Below the pieces are notes generated by a model. The model saw nothing but the letters and a program-made list of their open reading frames with translations. It had not been told where the DNA came from and did not search any database. From Octopus vulgaris (lineage: Eukaryota): 64,000 nucleotides of DNA. The position numbers were made by a program, and so were the translations under genes. Each line of letters starts with the position of its first letter. Positions within the stretch are counted from its first letter, which is position 1. Below are positions 37,186 to 51,288 of this stretch, piece after piece. Location: the NCBI GenBank assembly GCA_951406725.2, contig OX597832.1:26908001-26972000 (forward strand), written 5' to 3'.

Positions 37186-38546
37186 CTGGAACAAAACAAG
37201 TAAAAGTTTAGATAAAAGAAGGCAGAGTGGGGTGGCAAGGTTTGGTCAGTTTTGGACAAAATACAATTTTGGTCAATCAGTTTGATAGAACTTGGTACCT
37301 TGGGTGTGGCTTTAGTGAAAGTCCACTCCGTTGAAAACATACAAGGAAAGTCTCTGACTTGAGGACACCTCCCTCCTTTCCCTCACCAGTCTCAAATGGT
37401 GTTTTTTACATGCCATTCGGTTCTCCATGCTGGCATGGGTTGGGCATTTTTTGTACCGGTGGCACATAAAAAGCGCCGCCTCGACTGGCTTCTGTGCCGG
37501 TGGCACATAAAAAGCACCACCCGAACGTGGCCGATGCCAGCACCACCTTGGCTGGCTTCCGTGCCGGTGGCACGTTAAAAGCACCAACCGATCATGGCCG
37601 ATGCCAGACTCCCCTGGCACCTGTGCAGGTGGCACGTAAAAAGCACCCACTACACTCACGGAGTGGTTGGCGTTAGGAAGGGCATCCAGCTGTAGAAACT
37701 CTGCCAGATCAGACTGGAGCCTGGTGCAGCCCCTGGCTTCCCAGACCCCGGTTGAACTGTCCAACCCGTGCTAGCGTGGAAAACGGATGTATGATGATGA
37801 TGATGATGATGATGATGATGTAGAATGTGATTGGAGGGAGAATTTATAGTTGTATCAACTTTGCATTTTTATGGCTATCCTGTTTGTTTTCTGTATCTAG
37901 GGTCTGGTGAGTTTCAGGGCTAAAACGAACTCCTATCTGTTTTAGTATAGTTTCTATGGCTGGATGCCCTTCCTAACACCAACCACTTTACAATTGCATT
38001 TTTTAAACTACTCGTTTAAGAAGGGCTACCAAGTAATGTGCAAGACAGGTAAAGAACACAAAAATCCCCATTTTACTAACTTTAGTTGGCAGGTGGGGGT
38101 ATCTAAAGATAGCTTTATTCCAGGTGTTGATAGAAACAATGATGGGATCATGACAGCCCAAATGTCTTTGAGAATAGGTCAGATGGATCAGAGCAGACCT
38201 GGGGCTAAACCACAAAGAGATCATCATCACCGTTGTCAGTTTAACATCTAATTGTTCTATAAAATACCCCTTACAGCCACAGCAATAAATACTGAGATGA
38301 TGACGATCAAATAAATGATCTCTTATAACCAGAACTATCCATCAAGGGGTGGTCGTAGTCACCCCTGTTTTATTACAAGGAATGTGAAGAGTGGAAGTTG
38401 TGATTTTCATCCTTTTCTCATGGGTATCAGGGGAGTAAAGGAAAATAACTCCACTTTGATATCAAACCTGGCATTATCCACCCACCTTCAACCTCCCCAC
38501 GCTCAACATTAGTGATCTCTAATAATATTTATAGGGTCCTACTTAC

Positions 38547-38583
38547 AGTTTTGTTGGTGTCCTTAGTCGGGAACTGTTCGAAC
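38547..38583 (-). CDS. CLIP4: CLIP4 37-nt linker exon: (S)SNSSRLRTPTK(L)
   Basis: ATTTTCAG acceptor, CT|GTAAGT donor. Phase 1->2 is needed to reconcile the 41102 and 37185 exons. Confidence 0.8.
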
Positions 38584-38617
38584 CTGAAAATGATGATTTT
38601 CATATATTTTAGTAAGA

Positions 38618-38673
<56 letters not shown>

Positions 38674-38679
38674 GTATGT

Positions 38680-38712
<33 letters not shown>

Positions 38713-38732
38713 AGTGTGAGTGTGTGTGTATG

Positions 38733-39990
38733 CAGGGTGTGGTGAATAAATTGTCGTCTAAATTACGCAAAAATGAAAATAACACTGACATCTCATTTTA
38801 ACAGAAATATTTCCCCAAATAACATAAAAATATGTTGAAATACTAAAGAGTAAATTTCAATACAATCTCCAGTGGCTTCAACCACAGTCTCCAGACGACT
38901 TCCAAATCTTCTGCAAGTCCTCTGGAAGATCTCTTTGCTTAAGTTGGTGAATGCTGCCATAATCCTTGCCTTCAGTTTATCTTTGGTATTATAAAGAGTT
39001 CTGTTGGCCTCTTACTCAACTGTGCCCCACACATAATAATCAAGGGAGTTGCAGTTTGGGGAGTTAGGTGGCCAGATGTTAGGGGTGATGTGGTCATAGA
39101 AATTGTCTGATAACCCTGACTGGGTTCTCCTGATTGTGAGGCATTGTGCAGAGTCCTGTTGCCAGACACAGGGTCTTCCAGCAGTCACCATCTTGACCCA
39201 GGGCAGCACTACCTCCTCAAGGCATCTGATGTACGCCTCCATGTTGAGTGTGAGGCTGTGTGGGAAGATGAATGGAGGCATAACGTTGCCATCACAAGTG
39301 ATCACTCCAAACACCATGATGTCGACTGGATGTTGGATTTTTATCACTCTCAGTACATGTTATGGGGACACGGCAAGCCAACGTTTGTTCTGTGTGTTCA
39401 CCATCTGATCCTGGCAGAAGTTTTTCTCATCTGAGAAAAACCAAAGCATGTTCGATTGGTGGGGATGCTTGAGTTTGTTCAAAAGCTTCGTAGTGTGGTC
39501 TTTCCTCCTGTCCTTGATGGCTTGGGATAAAAATTGGCCCTTTCTCATCTTGTATGAGGAATACTGAATGTCTTCATGCACAGCTGCCTGATAAGGAACT
39601 CAGACACTCCCATGTCCCTGGTGATGGACCTGATTAACTTGGAGGGATCATTGTCAATCATGGCCTGGATCTCACCAACAAATTCAGGAGTTCTTTTCTT
39701 ATCAGAACGATCAGAATGACTTTTCCAAGCTGCCGTACCTTCATAATCACCATAAGAACTCATCCAACTCTTTCCCAATCCTCCGCACTGTCCTCAGATC
39801 AACACCCAAACACTCTGAAATTAACATATTGGAGCTTCTGGCGAGAATGCCAAACAGTACAGCATGTCATTCCCAAACATCTAGCAGAGTGAATTATGTC
39901 ATGGCACTGTTTTTCTCACAGACGGTGCCCAACTGACCCTACTATACTGTGCAGTCGACAAAATTGAAAACAAACAATGTGCATGAATGA
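38733..39990 (-). mobile_element. Tc1/mariner-superfamily DD37D (maT-type) transposon fossil, frameshifted transposase ~39900->38830
   Basis: WFFSDEKNF ... VFGVI ... WQQDSA ... WPPNSPNCNSLDYYVW, with 37 residues between the 2nd and 3rd Asp. CAGGGTG terminus at 38733; opposite TIR not seen. Confidence 0.88.
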
Positions 39991-41101
39991 AATTAATTTA
40001 AAATAAAAGGTATCTTATTCTATAAGTCTTTGAAGATACAAAGCCAATGGATGACCTATTATCAGGGGAAATAACAGCAACATCTACATCCATAGTTGAG
40101 TGATTTTATGGAAAAGTACAAAAGTAAACAAACACAAAAATGTGTGCGTGTGCACACACACACAAAATATGCAGAGTTGTGTTGATGGCTAAACAGAAAA
40201 CTGTGAGGTCGGCAGTTCATATTTTGTCTTCAGTACTCGTGTGTGCCAGTCATCAATACATTTTAAATGTCAAGCAGCTCAGTCTACTGAGCTGTAAACA
40301 GCAGCAACACTGGTACTTTGGTGAGTGATTCATTAGCGTGCAGTGGTGAGTTCAATTCCTGCCGTGAGATATTCATGTTACCTTTGATGCCTCAGTAGCA
40401 GAAGATGATGATTCCATTCTCTGTAGTCCATAAAATACTCAAATAATGCTATAACAACAGTTGGCAACAGATGGTGCCATGACTAGCATCCCCAGCAGCA
40501 GGGTGGGGGGCAAAATATGAGGAAGCAAAGAGCAGGTTTAGATGACAGATAGTCTAAGGGAAGACAACTCTGTTATATAAACTCCAGAGGAAGCAAATCA
40601 TTTTGGTAATATGTCCAGAAGGATTTAAGGCAGCGAGATGGTAAAATCGTTAGCACATTGGGGGAAATGCATAGTAGCACTTTGTCTGTCTTTATATTCT
40701 GAGTTCAAATTCTGCTGTGGTCAGCTTTGCTTTTCGTTCTTTGGGGGTAGCTGGGGTTGATGTCACTGACTTACCTTTCTGTCATAATTGCCGGCCTTGT
40801 GCAAAAAATTTGAACCTAATATATCTAGAAGGATTCGGGGACATTATTCAGGATAAATGATGCAAATGTGAAGGCATGTATGATTATAACAATGCACAGA
40901 TGTGTATTAGGGTGTGTATGTATGTATATATATATATATATATATGCATGTGTGTGCATATATGTATATATAAGTGTGTGTATGCATGTATATCAAAGTG
41001 TGTGTATGTGAGCACTAACATTTCACTGAAGTATATTTTAGATTATTTTTGTAAACAACAAGAACAACAGAGAAGCAATAAGAACTTGCCTCCTAACTCA
41101 C

Positions 41102-41190
41102 TTGAAGATCGCTTTTCATTCTTCTCCGATACGGCACCCCAGCTGATGGTATCCAGGGATTCAGAAGAACTAAATCTCTTCTCACCAAGC
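41102..41190 (-). CDS. CLIP4: CLIP4 linker exon: (K)LGEKRFSSSESLDTISWGAVSEKNEKRSS
   Basis: TTCTATTCTAAAG acceptor, A|GTGAGT donor, 89 nt (phase 2->1), fitting between its neighbours. Confidence 0.85.
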
Positions 41191-42887
41191 CTTTAGAATA
41201 GAAAAAACAAACATTGTCAGGTTTTACACTCCATATATATATATAAAATCAGAAATCAAAAACAGAATCTCAATCAAACTGAAATCAAAAATAGAAATTG
41301 TAGTTGCAGCCAATGCTAGTGCCACCTGACTGGCTCCCGTGCTGGTGGCACGCAATAAGTACCATTCATGCGTGGGTTGTTGCCAGTGCCACCTCTGACT
41401 GGCTCCTTAGCCGGTGGCATGTAAAAAGCACCATCTCAACATGGTTGATGACAGTGTCGCCCGACTGGTTCCTGTGCCGGTGGTACGTAAAAAGCACCCA
41501 CTACACTCTCATAGTGGTTAGCGTTAGGAAGGGCATCCAGCTGTAGAAACTCTGCCAGATCAAGATTGGAGCCTGGTGCAGCTATCTGGTTTGCCAGTCC
41601 TCAGTCAAATCGTCCAACCCATGCTAGCATGGAAAATGGACGTATGATGATGATGATGATCATATATAATGAAGAAATAAATGGGATAATTATCCCCTTA
41701 TACAACACAACCAATTAGCACTGAATAGTATGTTCCAACACAGTATTCGATTTTTTAAAAATTCTTAAATTTCTCACTTTGCTTAAAGCTTAAGATTTGA
41801 ATAACTCTTTTATAAATCCTTTAGATTAACTCTGATGAGAGAAACATACATGATTGTTATGGCTGGAATTAACTCAGCCACACCAACCTATATCTTCTAG
41901 AAATGGCTGTCAGACTTTGCACCTGCTCTGGATTCCTTTTAAAATCATTTTATAACAACTTTCTCATCTATTTGGATTTCCGCTATACATTCACCATCCG
42001 CATAGTTTAATATCCTCATTGATTTCAGTACAGACATACAACCTCGCAAGTACATTTATGCATTTTTATATATTTATATGTTTTTATCGGATGGTGCTTT
42101 TTACGTGCCACCGTAAAAAGCACCATCTGTTCGTGGCCATTGCCAGCCTCCCCTGGCCCCCGTGCGGGTGGCACGTAAAAGCACCCACTACACTCGCGGA
42201 GTGGTTGGCGTTAGGAAGGGCATCCAGCCGTAGAAACACTGCCAGATCAGACTGGAGCCTGGTGCAGCCTTCTGGCTTCACAGACCCCAGTTGAACCATC
42301 CAACCTATGCTAGCATGGAAAGCGGACGCTAAATGATGATGATGACGATGATCTTATGTATATGAATGCACCAATGTGTGCTGTGGAGTATTCTGACGCT
42401 GAGAAATATATTGAGCGAATATGAACACTGACCTCTGAAATTCGTTCTCTCTTTCTTAGTTCTATACATATATATAAACACACATACATACATATATATG
42501 CATACATGCATATATTATATATACATCCATACATATATGCATATAAATTTCTTACAATGCCAACAACGTATACGTTATGAATAAATACATACAGAATCGC
42601 TTTCATATGCCTTTAATCTTGCTGACTAATTGGGGCCGCAAGGGATCTTTTGGCACCAAGTAAGAAAGAAGGAAAAAAAGGGGAAAGATAGAAAGAAAAA
42701 GAGGAAATTCTGAGGAGATGTGAAATAGCAAATGAGCATTCCCAAATTCATCTGAAGCTGCCAAAAAAGGCTCCCAAGGGATCGAGTCTCACAACAATAC
42801 ACACACACAATGAATTACATCTGAAAAACATTATCTCCCTTGATGTGATGGTATCAGTTTGTGTGTGTGTGTTTGTGTCTAGATCAT

Positions 42888-42918
<31 letters not shown>

Positions 42919-42947
42919 ATGATGATGATGATGATGGTGGTGGTGGT

Positions 42948-42981
<34 letters not shown>

Positions 42982-43948
42982 CAGCAGCAGTAGCAGCAGC
43001 AGCAATAATAATAATAAAAATAATGATAAGTCAGTGAGCTGGCAGAATCATTAGCATGATGGACAAAATGTTCAGTGGCATTTCAACCGAGTTCAAATTC
43101 TGCAAAGGTTAACTTTGCTTTTCATCTTTCAGGGTTGATGAAATAAATACCAGTTATGCACTGGTGTCGATGAAATCGACTAGTCCCCTCCCCCAAAATT
43201 TCAGGCCTTGTGCCTATAGTACAAATGAATATTATTATTATTGGCATCAGTCTTTGGGCTGCTGTTATGCTGGGCCATTTTGTCTTTGAAAGTTTTTTTT
43301 TTTTTCTGGGAGCAATTATATCAACCCCAGGACTTTGGTCTGGTCGTCTTTATAGTGAAATTGATAGACGGAAATTGTGCTGAAGCCTATTACACTTATA
43401 TTACATGAATGTTTTGTGTGAGTATGCATGTGTTTATTTTGAGACTGCTTGGAAAACAGTGTATCAGATGATGTCCTATAACTTAGCGGTTCAACAAACA
43501 GGCATTGATAAGTACCACAAATATAAAACAAGTATTATAGCTGGTATGATCGACTCAGACCCTTCCAATCAGTGAAACAAGTCAAAGAGAAAAAGACACC
43601 CATCATCATCATCATCATCATCATCGTCATCATCCTTTAATGTCAGTTTTCCATGCTGCGACCACACATACTCAACATATGCGTCTTGCATGTTCTTTGA
43701 TGGTATTTATAATTGAATATATGTGTGTGTGTGTGTGTGCAGGAGTGGCTGTGTGGTAAGAAGCTTGCTTCCCAACCATACAGTTCTGGGTTCAGTCCCA
43801 CTGCATGGCACCTTGGGCAAGTATCTTCTACTATGGCCTCGGGCTGACCAAAGCCTTGTGAGTGGATCTGGTAGACGGAAACTGAAAGAAGCCCAGCCTA
43901 TATATATATTATCATCATCATCATCATTTAATGTCCGTTTTCCGCGCA

Positions 43949-44000
<52 letters not shown>

Positions 44001-45047
44001 TTTTTTATGTACGTATGTATATATTTATCTGTGTGTGTCTTTGTGATTTAAAAAATAAGTCCTAGGGTAAATTTATTCGACTAAAATCCTTCAAGGCAGT
44101 GCTCTAGTATGGCCACAGTCAAATAACTGAAACAAGTAAAAAAAAAAAAAAGAATACATATATGTGTGTCTCCGTGTTGCACTGAACTGATATCTTCTGT
44201 GACCAACTCATTCCCAATCTCTAATCATTTGTCACACTATTTTCAAACTTCCTATTCTGACTCATATCCACATACCAGAACCTCACACCCCTTTCTTTCT
44301 GTCTCTCTCACATTCCAGGTGGGCAAGCCATGTATTCACCTCTTCTGCAAGACACCCACTCCTCCCCACCCTCTATCATAGTTTCTTATCCATTCAGTCT
44401 CCACTTCACTCAGTTGATGGGTTTTATCTTGAGGGGTTCTTGGCAACCTCAACAGTGCTGGTGCCACATAAAAGGCACCCAGTCAGACTCTGTTAAGTGG
44501 TTGTCATTAGGAAAAGCATCCAGCTGCAGAAGCCATACCAAAGCAGACGCGGAATCTGGCGGCACCCTCTGGCTCATTAGCTCTTGTCAAACTTTCCAAT
44601 CCATGCCAGTGAGGGAAAAAATTATATCAAATAATGATGATGATGATGATGATGTATATTTCATGAACTTATTTTATATAGTTCTCAGGTGTACTGCAAC
44701 TTTTCAGATAAGGTTTAAAGAGGGAATAAAAAGTGGCAATAAATTGGGTAAAGGAAGATGTCAGTGCGGGCAGGTTAACGAGCCATAAAGACAAAAGTGT
44801 GCACAGGTACATCCCATACATACACACACACATTTATCTATCTGTTGATATATTAGAGAGTGAGAGAGTATGTGAAAGAGAGGAGAAAGCGATGAATGAA
44901 GATATAACAACAAACACCAGTGACCAAAGAGCACAAGATGTAAAGAATAAACAACTGAGCAACAACAACAACAACAACAACAACAACTATAATGAAGTCC
45001 ATTGTGGTGTACGGGTGATGAGAGTATGAAGAAATATTTCTATTTAC

Positions 45048-45171
45048 TTTTGTACTCTGGAAGGCGGAGCAAATACTCCATACTTTGCTTTGCAGTTAAA
45101 ATAGCGCTGACCATTCACGGAACCATCGTTTTTGCCAACAGCTCGGTCGAGTTCAATGCCATACCAACATC
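45048..45171 (-). CDS. CLIP4: CLIP4 exon, second half of CAP-Gly 2: (G)[40 protein letters not shown](K)
   Basis: TTATTACAG acceptor, AA|GTAAAT donor, 124 nt (phase 1->2). GKNDG motif. Confidence 0.96.
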
Positions 45172-45412
45172 CTGTAATAAGAAAAGAGAGAGAGAAATTC
45201 CATAATGCTGAAGAATTTTGGTAACATGCTATGGGAAACGGGTGGGATGTTTTCGGTTTGTGTTTGCCACAGTTTCAGACACTGAACTGCATTGTACTCT
45301 TTTAGCAATATATCTCTGAGCTTGCTTCACTGCTGCTCAGAGTTCAAAATCCAACAATGAATGTGTGTCTTAAGCAAGACACATAACTCTACCAGCTGGC
45401 TAATGACAGTTC

Positions 45413-45868
45413 GTTACCAACCCGGCTGAAACCGGCTCTGGCTCTGAGTACAAATGTCTTGTTTCCACAAGTTTTGAATTAAAATCTTCCACCAAAACCT
45501 TAGTCACAATTTATGTTCCTGACACTAGCTGAATGATAGCTAAGTTATTTTACTAAATTCCTTGTTATATTTAAAATCAATTGAAAGAAACACAGAGCAT
45601 CGCAACAGAAATACTGTAACGAAAGGGTTAAACATCATGTTAACCTTTTTGATATCAACCTGGCTAAAATCGTTTCTGGCTCTGTAGTATAAATGTCTTG
45701 TTTCCAAAAGTTTTGAATTAAAATCTTCCACCAAACCTTAGTCACAATTTATGTTCCTGACACTAGCTGAATGATAGCTAAGTTATTTTACTAAATTCCT
45801 TGTTATATTTAAAATCAATTGAAAGAAACACAGAGCATCGCAACAGAAATACTGTAACGAAAGGGTTA
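45413..45868. mobile_element. Two tandem piggyBac-like MITE copies (TTAA|CCCTT...AAGGG|TTAA); similar ends at 12140-12244, 47231 and 56010
   Basis: Both copies end GTAACGAAAGGGTTAAACATCATGTTAA. The second starts TTAACCTTTTTGATA; the first lacks its left end. Confidence 0.7.
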
Positions 45869-46036
45869 AACATCATGTTAATTTGTAAATTACCATCATC
45901 TTAGTTGGAATAATAAACCTGATAAAGTACACAACACAGATCAAATAGTCCAATGTCTGTTTTTTCAGCTGGAATTATGGAATACCTGTGAATTATGGAA
46001 TATTCCAATGTAAGATATAAGGGATAAGAAACTAAC

Positions 46037-46162
46037 CTAATGCAAACTGGGTCTCTCCATAGAAACGAACGGTCCCTTTCCTCTGGCCAGCTACAATGAC
46101 TCGGTCTCCAACATCAATTTCTCCACCGTCTGACGTAGAAGATGCGGTCGACTTACTTCGAC
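46037..46162 (-). CDS. CLIP4: CLIP4 exon, first half of CAP-Gly 2: (G)RSKSTASSTSDGGEIDVGDRVIVAGQRKGTVRFYGETQFAL(G)
   Basis: TTTTGCAG acceptor, G|GTTAGT donor, 126 nt (phase 1->1). Confidence 0.95.
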
Positions 46163-48218
46163 CTGCAAAAAGAAAAAAAAAACAGTTTAAGGATGAATAA
46201 AAAAAACAACAAAGAATAAATAGAAACAAAAAAAAGTCACCTTGATAATAGGTTTGCTAACGATCACAGGTTCATAAATAATTAGTTCTCCATTTATGAG
46301 CGATCTTACGAATAACAAATTCGTCCATCTTATTTATATTTATTCAGCTTTAGCTGGCTCTCACATATTTCATCATTTTCGGTGTTTGATGTTCCATGCT
46401 TGCATGGGTTAGGAGGAATTTGTTGAGACAGATTTCTTACAGACGGATGCCCCTCCTGTTGCCAACATCCATCTGTCTCCAGGCAAGGTGATATTTCCCA
46501 TGGCCAGACAGATTTTTGCATGGAAAAATGAAACGAACAACACCACTTGGATGGTGGTGATGCTCATTTACAATTATAACATGATGTCTAGACAATGGTA
46601 CACGCATGCGTGCACACATACACACACACACATGTACACACACGCACGCGCATGCACACACACACAACGTGCTAGTGGCATGTGTAAAAGGATTCGAATG
46701 AGGTCATTGCCAGTAACGCCTGACTGGACCCCCGTGCTGGTGGCATGTAAAAAGCACCCACTACACTCTCGGAGTGGTTGGCATTAGGAAGGGCATCCAG
46801 CTATAGAAACTCTGCCAGATCAAGATTGGAATGTGGTGCAGCCTTCTGGTTTGCCAGTCCTCAGTCAAACTCGTCCAACCCATGCTAGCATGGGAAGCAG
46901 ATGCTAAACAATGATGATGATGATGATGATGATGAATACCCATTCAAAGGGCTTTCGTTAGCCTGGCTACAGTAAAAAACACTTGCCAAAGGTGCTGTGC
47001 AGGGGTATTGAACCTGAAGCTTTATGGTTGGGAAGCAAGTTTCTTAACCACACAGCCATACCTATGAATAACATATTGACAAAGTGGGAGAACAGACTGG
47101 GACCTAATCTGTCATTGTTGTTGTTTCAGCAAGGGTTATCTGACATGAGGTGAGTTATGTGTCTTGTTTAAGGATTATAAGACATTGAGATGTTTCTTGA
47201 TCTAGTTCTGAGTCAAGTGATGTAAGTTGTTTAACCCCTTAGCGTATAAACCAGCCAAATCTGGCCAAAATATTCTGTGTTATGTTCAAAATAGCCAGAT
47301 CAAGCCTTTCACACCTGCCTTACAATGTCATTCAAAAAATATAACACTCATATCATCCAAATCTCAAAGCTACAAGATGATAAACGACTAATTGAAAATG
47401 ATTTGAGAAAGGGGCCTTAGGGAGTAGTGTCCCTGCCTTCCTGAGCTAGTTTACTACAACATTTCTTGAAAGTCGTGGTAGAGGCCTTGTTTTTGGGACC
47501 ACTCATGTCTAGAAACTGAGGTTGGGGGGTAAGCAAGGGCATGATTCCCGTAGAAAATCCAGTTCCAAAAAAGCCTCACGATAGCAAAGGAGAATGGGCA
47601 CCAACCAGGCCATTGGTTGGGGTGGGCTGCACCTGCTTACCTGTGGTTGCTATGGCATTGAGGTAGATCCAGCCACCTCCATTAACGGGGACAAAACCCA
47701 AATTTAAAACACTGGATGATGATGATGATGACGATTTGACAGAGTAATCTGAAAGCTAAGAGGCTGAATTGTTTAACACATGAGGACAAAACTTTACATC
47801 AAGAACTGTCATTAGCTGGCTAGTAGAGTTATGTGTCTTGCTTAAGACACACATTCATTGTTGGGTTTTGAACTCTGAGCAGCAGTGAAGCAAGCTCAGA
47901 GATATATTGCTAAAAGAGTACAATGCAGTTCAGTGTTTGAAACTGTGACAAACACAAACTGAAAACATCCCACCCGTTTCCCATAGACGCCACCGTCAAT
48001 CGTCAGTCCGTCAAAGTTGTGCCAAACTCTCACAGACATACCGGATTGACAAATATGTCTGGTGAGAACATCGTAATTAGCCTAAATACAGCTCAGCTGT
48101 GATAGAAACTGGGGCAATGCTAACAGCTGTATCAATAAAAACTTTGGCTAATTATAACTGGAAATAACGATTGTAGAAATGCTTGAACTTGTCAAACTTG
48201 ATTTTTCACCATATATAT

Positions 48219-48281
<63 letters not shown>

Positions 48282-48346
48282 CATATATATATACATATAT
48301 ATATATATATACATATATATACATATATATATACATATATATATAC

Positions 48347-48411
<65 letters not shown>

Positions 48412-48498
48412 TATACATATATATATACATATATATAGCATGGAAAGCGGACGTTAAACGATGATGATGATGATGATGATGATACACACATATACATA

Positions 48499-48551
<53 letters not shown>

Positions 48552-48563
48552 ATAAATGCACAT

Positions 48564-48594
<31 letters not shown>

Positions 48595-48817
48595 CACACA
48601 CACACACACATATATATATATACACACACACATATATACATCATCATCATCATCGTTTAGCGTCCGTTTTCCATGCTAGCATGGGTTACACACACACACA
48701 TATACATATATATATACACACACACATATATATATATATATACACACACACATATATACATATATATACACACACACACACATATATATATATATACACA
48801 CACACACATATATATAT

Positions 48818-48882
<65 letters not shown>

Positions 48883-50266
48883 AATGCACACACACACGTG
48901 TGTATGTATCTGTTGTTCAATGTGTGTGTGTGTGTGTGTAAAGCTATTTATATAAGAGTAATCACTCACCCCACCCCCACACACCTACGTAGATATCCAT
49001 AGCAACCAACATCAACATTACGGGGGGGGGGAACAATTAATCTTTTGTTTTTTCTTCGATTTATTAATCTGAGAAAAAAGGGGACAAACGTGTTTATGTA
49101 TGAAGTGTGTGCCTATCACAACATGTGTATATATGTGTATATATTACAGCATGTGTGTGTATGAGGTCTATGTTAATGGAGTTAAAGCACACAGAGTGAA
49201 GCTGGTCGGCACAGGTTGACCTTGAATTCTGTCCTGCATGCGTCCTTGGTTACAATGCTCATGCTCTCACTTCTGTTGTCTATGGGAGTGCGTGGAAGTG
49301 AAGTGTGTAGAGTTTGGTCATCTCGAAACAGAAGAAAGGGTTTCAGCTGCACATAGCATCTCCTTGATTGGGGTCAAGGAAGATGAAAACTGTTTTGAAA
49401 ACGGTCATCACAGGTGATGACAGGGGGAGAAGAAGATACTAACAGTGACATAGAGAGAGAGAGAGAGAGAGGAGAAAGAGGAGGAGGAAGAGGAGGAAGA
49501 GGAAGGAGAAAGAGGAGGAGGAAGAGGAAGAAGAAGATGAGGAGGAGGAGGAAGAAGATAAGGAGGTGGAGGAAGAGGAAGAGGGGAGGAGGTATCATTC
49601 ATTCTGCATTTGCGTGTTCAAATGTTTAACAGAGCAAAAACATTGCCATGAAAATTTATGAATTTATGCATTAAAAGCTACATTGATAGAGACTTGAATT
49701 AAAGTGAACAGGCCTTAGTTAGCAAATGGCTGTGGATGTTGTCACACTTCTATCTTTTTACAGGTTCCAAACCAAAGGATTTGAACTCAGAAAATAGAGG
49801 AAAGCAAATACTGTCTTGAATCTTTGAAGCCATAGGACCGGTTTCCCAGTTTCCACGGGGTCTAAGCGACTGAGACCTCAATATTCTGTGCTGCGGAGGA
49901 CACCAGACCATCATGGGTTTACTGATTTTACAGCTGAGTGGACTGGGGCTACGTGAAATGAAGTGTTTTGCTCAAGAACACAATGTAAACTTGGGATTGA
50001 AACCGTAGTCTTGCTATCACGAATGCAATACCCGAACCACCAGGGCATACACCTAGAATGTGAATAGCCACAACTTAATAGCGAAAAGCATATTGACCAA
50101 AAACTGCAACGATAAGTTTTTTTTTTGTAAACTACCGAGAAAGAAAAAAAACAAACGAAAAACAAAAACAAGAAAAAAAACAAGATTAACCATTGTAGAA
50201 TATTGATTAACAACAAATACAAAAAAAAAAGAACAAAAAACACAAACATGTCCATAAAAGGTAATG

Positions 50267-50346
<80 letters not shown>

Positions 50347-50908
50347 AGCAGCAATGGTAACAACATCAGCAGGTTCATTACTATCGTTAACAGCAACAAC
50401 AACAACAACAGCATCATCATCAGGAGTTACAAAGAGAAGCAGAGGGGAAAAATAGTGTCTAGAAGGTGATTTGTTTAAAGAGGGACAACGACCACCAACA
50501 GGCTAATAACTAACACAGACAAAAACACAAAAAAAAAAAGAAAAACAAAAATTAAGGAGAAAAAAAACCAACAAAAAAAACCATGCAACATTGCAACACC
50601 TGCGAATAAGTAACATTGCTGCGGCTGCAGGAGTTGTTGACCAGGTGTAAATATTGGTAGAATGACGGTAGAGGTGAGTTGGGGACAGGTGGGGGGTGGG
50701 GTGAGGGGGTGGGGTGAGTGCATGGGAGTGGAGGCGACGGATAAAACAGGTAGAAAGAGGAAATAAATGGTTACACAATACACTCAGGGACACATCACCA
50801 TCATCATCATCATCACCACATCAAATTTTTATTGTAAGCCTCTCAGGTAATCAAACATACAGTAAAAACACTTTTATTTACAGAACACACATATATATAT
50901 ACACACAT

Positions 50909-50964
<56 letters not shown>

Positions 50965-51097
50965 TATATATATGTGTGTGTGTGTGTATGTGTGTGTATA
51001 TACACACACACATATGCATATATATATACACATATATATATTTACATATATATATATATACATACACACACACATATATATACATACACATACACAC

Positions 51098-51145
<48 letters not shown>

Positions 51146-51248
51146 GTATATATAAATGTTTTATAAGCCTCTCAGGTAATCAAACACAGTAAAAATGCTT
51201 TTATTTACAGAACACATATATACATACACACACACACACACACACATA

Positions 51249-51288
<40 letters not shown>

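Larger units (their letters stand above)
45229..47986. repeat. ~184-bp inverted repeat pair, 45229-45412 and 47803-47986
   Basis: CTATGGGAAACGGGTGGGATGTTTTC...TAATGACAGTTC versus GAACTGTCATTA...GAAAACATCCCACCCGTTTCCCATAG, with only a few mismatches by eye. Confidence 0.95.

Noticed and set aside
42611-42790. Possible extra exons (DPLRPQLVSKIK; LDPLGAFFGSFR*) after the 45048 donor
   Set aside because: In the required phase 2 both hit stops; one needs a GC donor; 45048 joins 41190 cleanly. An alternative terminal exon cannot be excluded without RNA data.
49414-49629. Protamine-like Arg/Lys-rich ORF
   Set aside because: Purine-rich (GAG/GAA)n low-complexity tract inside a CLIP4 intron, with no gene signals.
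50600-50624. 19/25-nt candidate exon with downstream TGCATG
   Set aside because: Weak donor (GTGTTG) and wrong phase for joining 46162.
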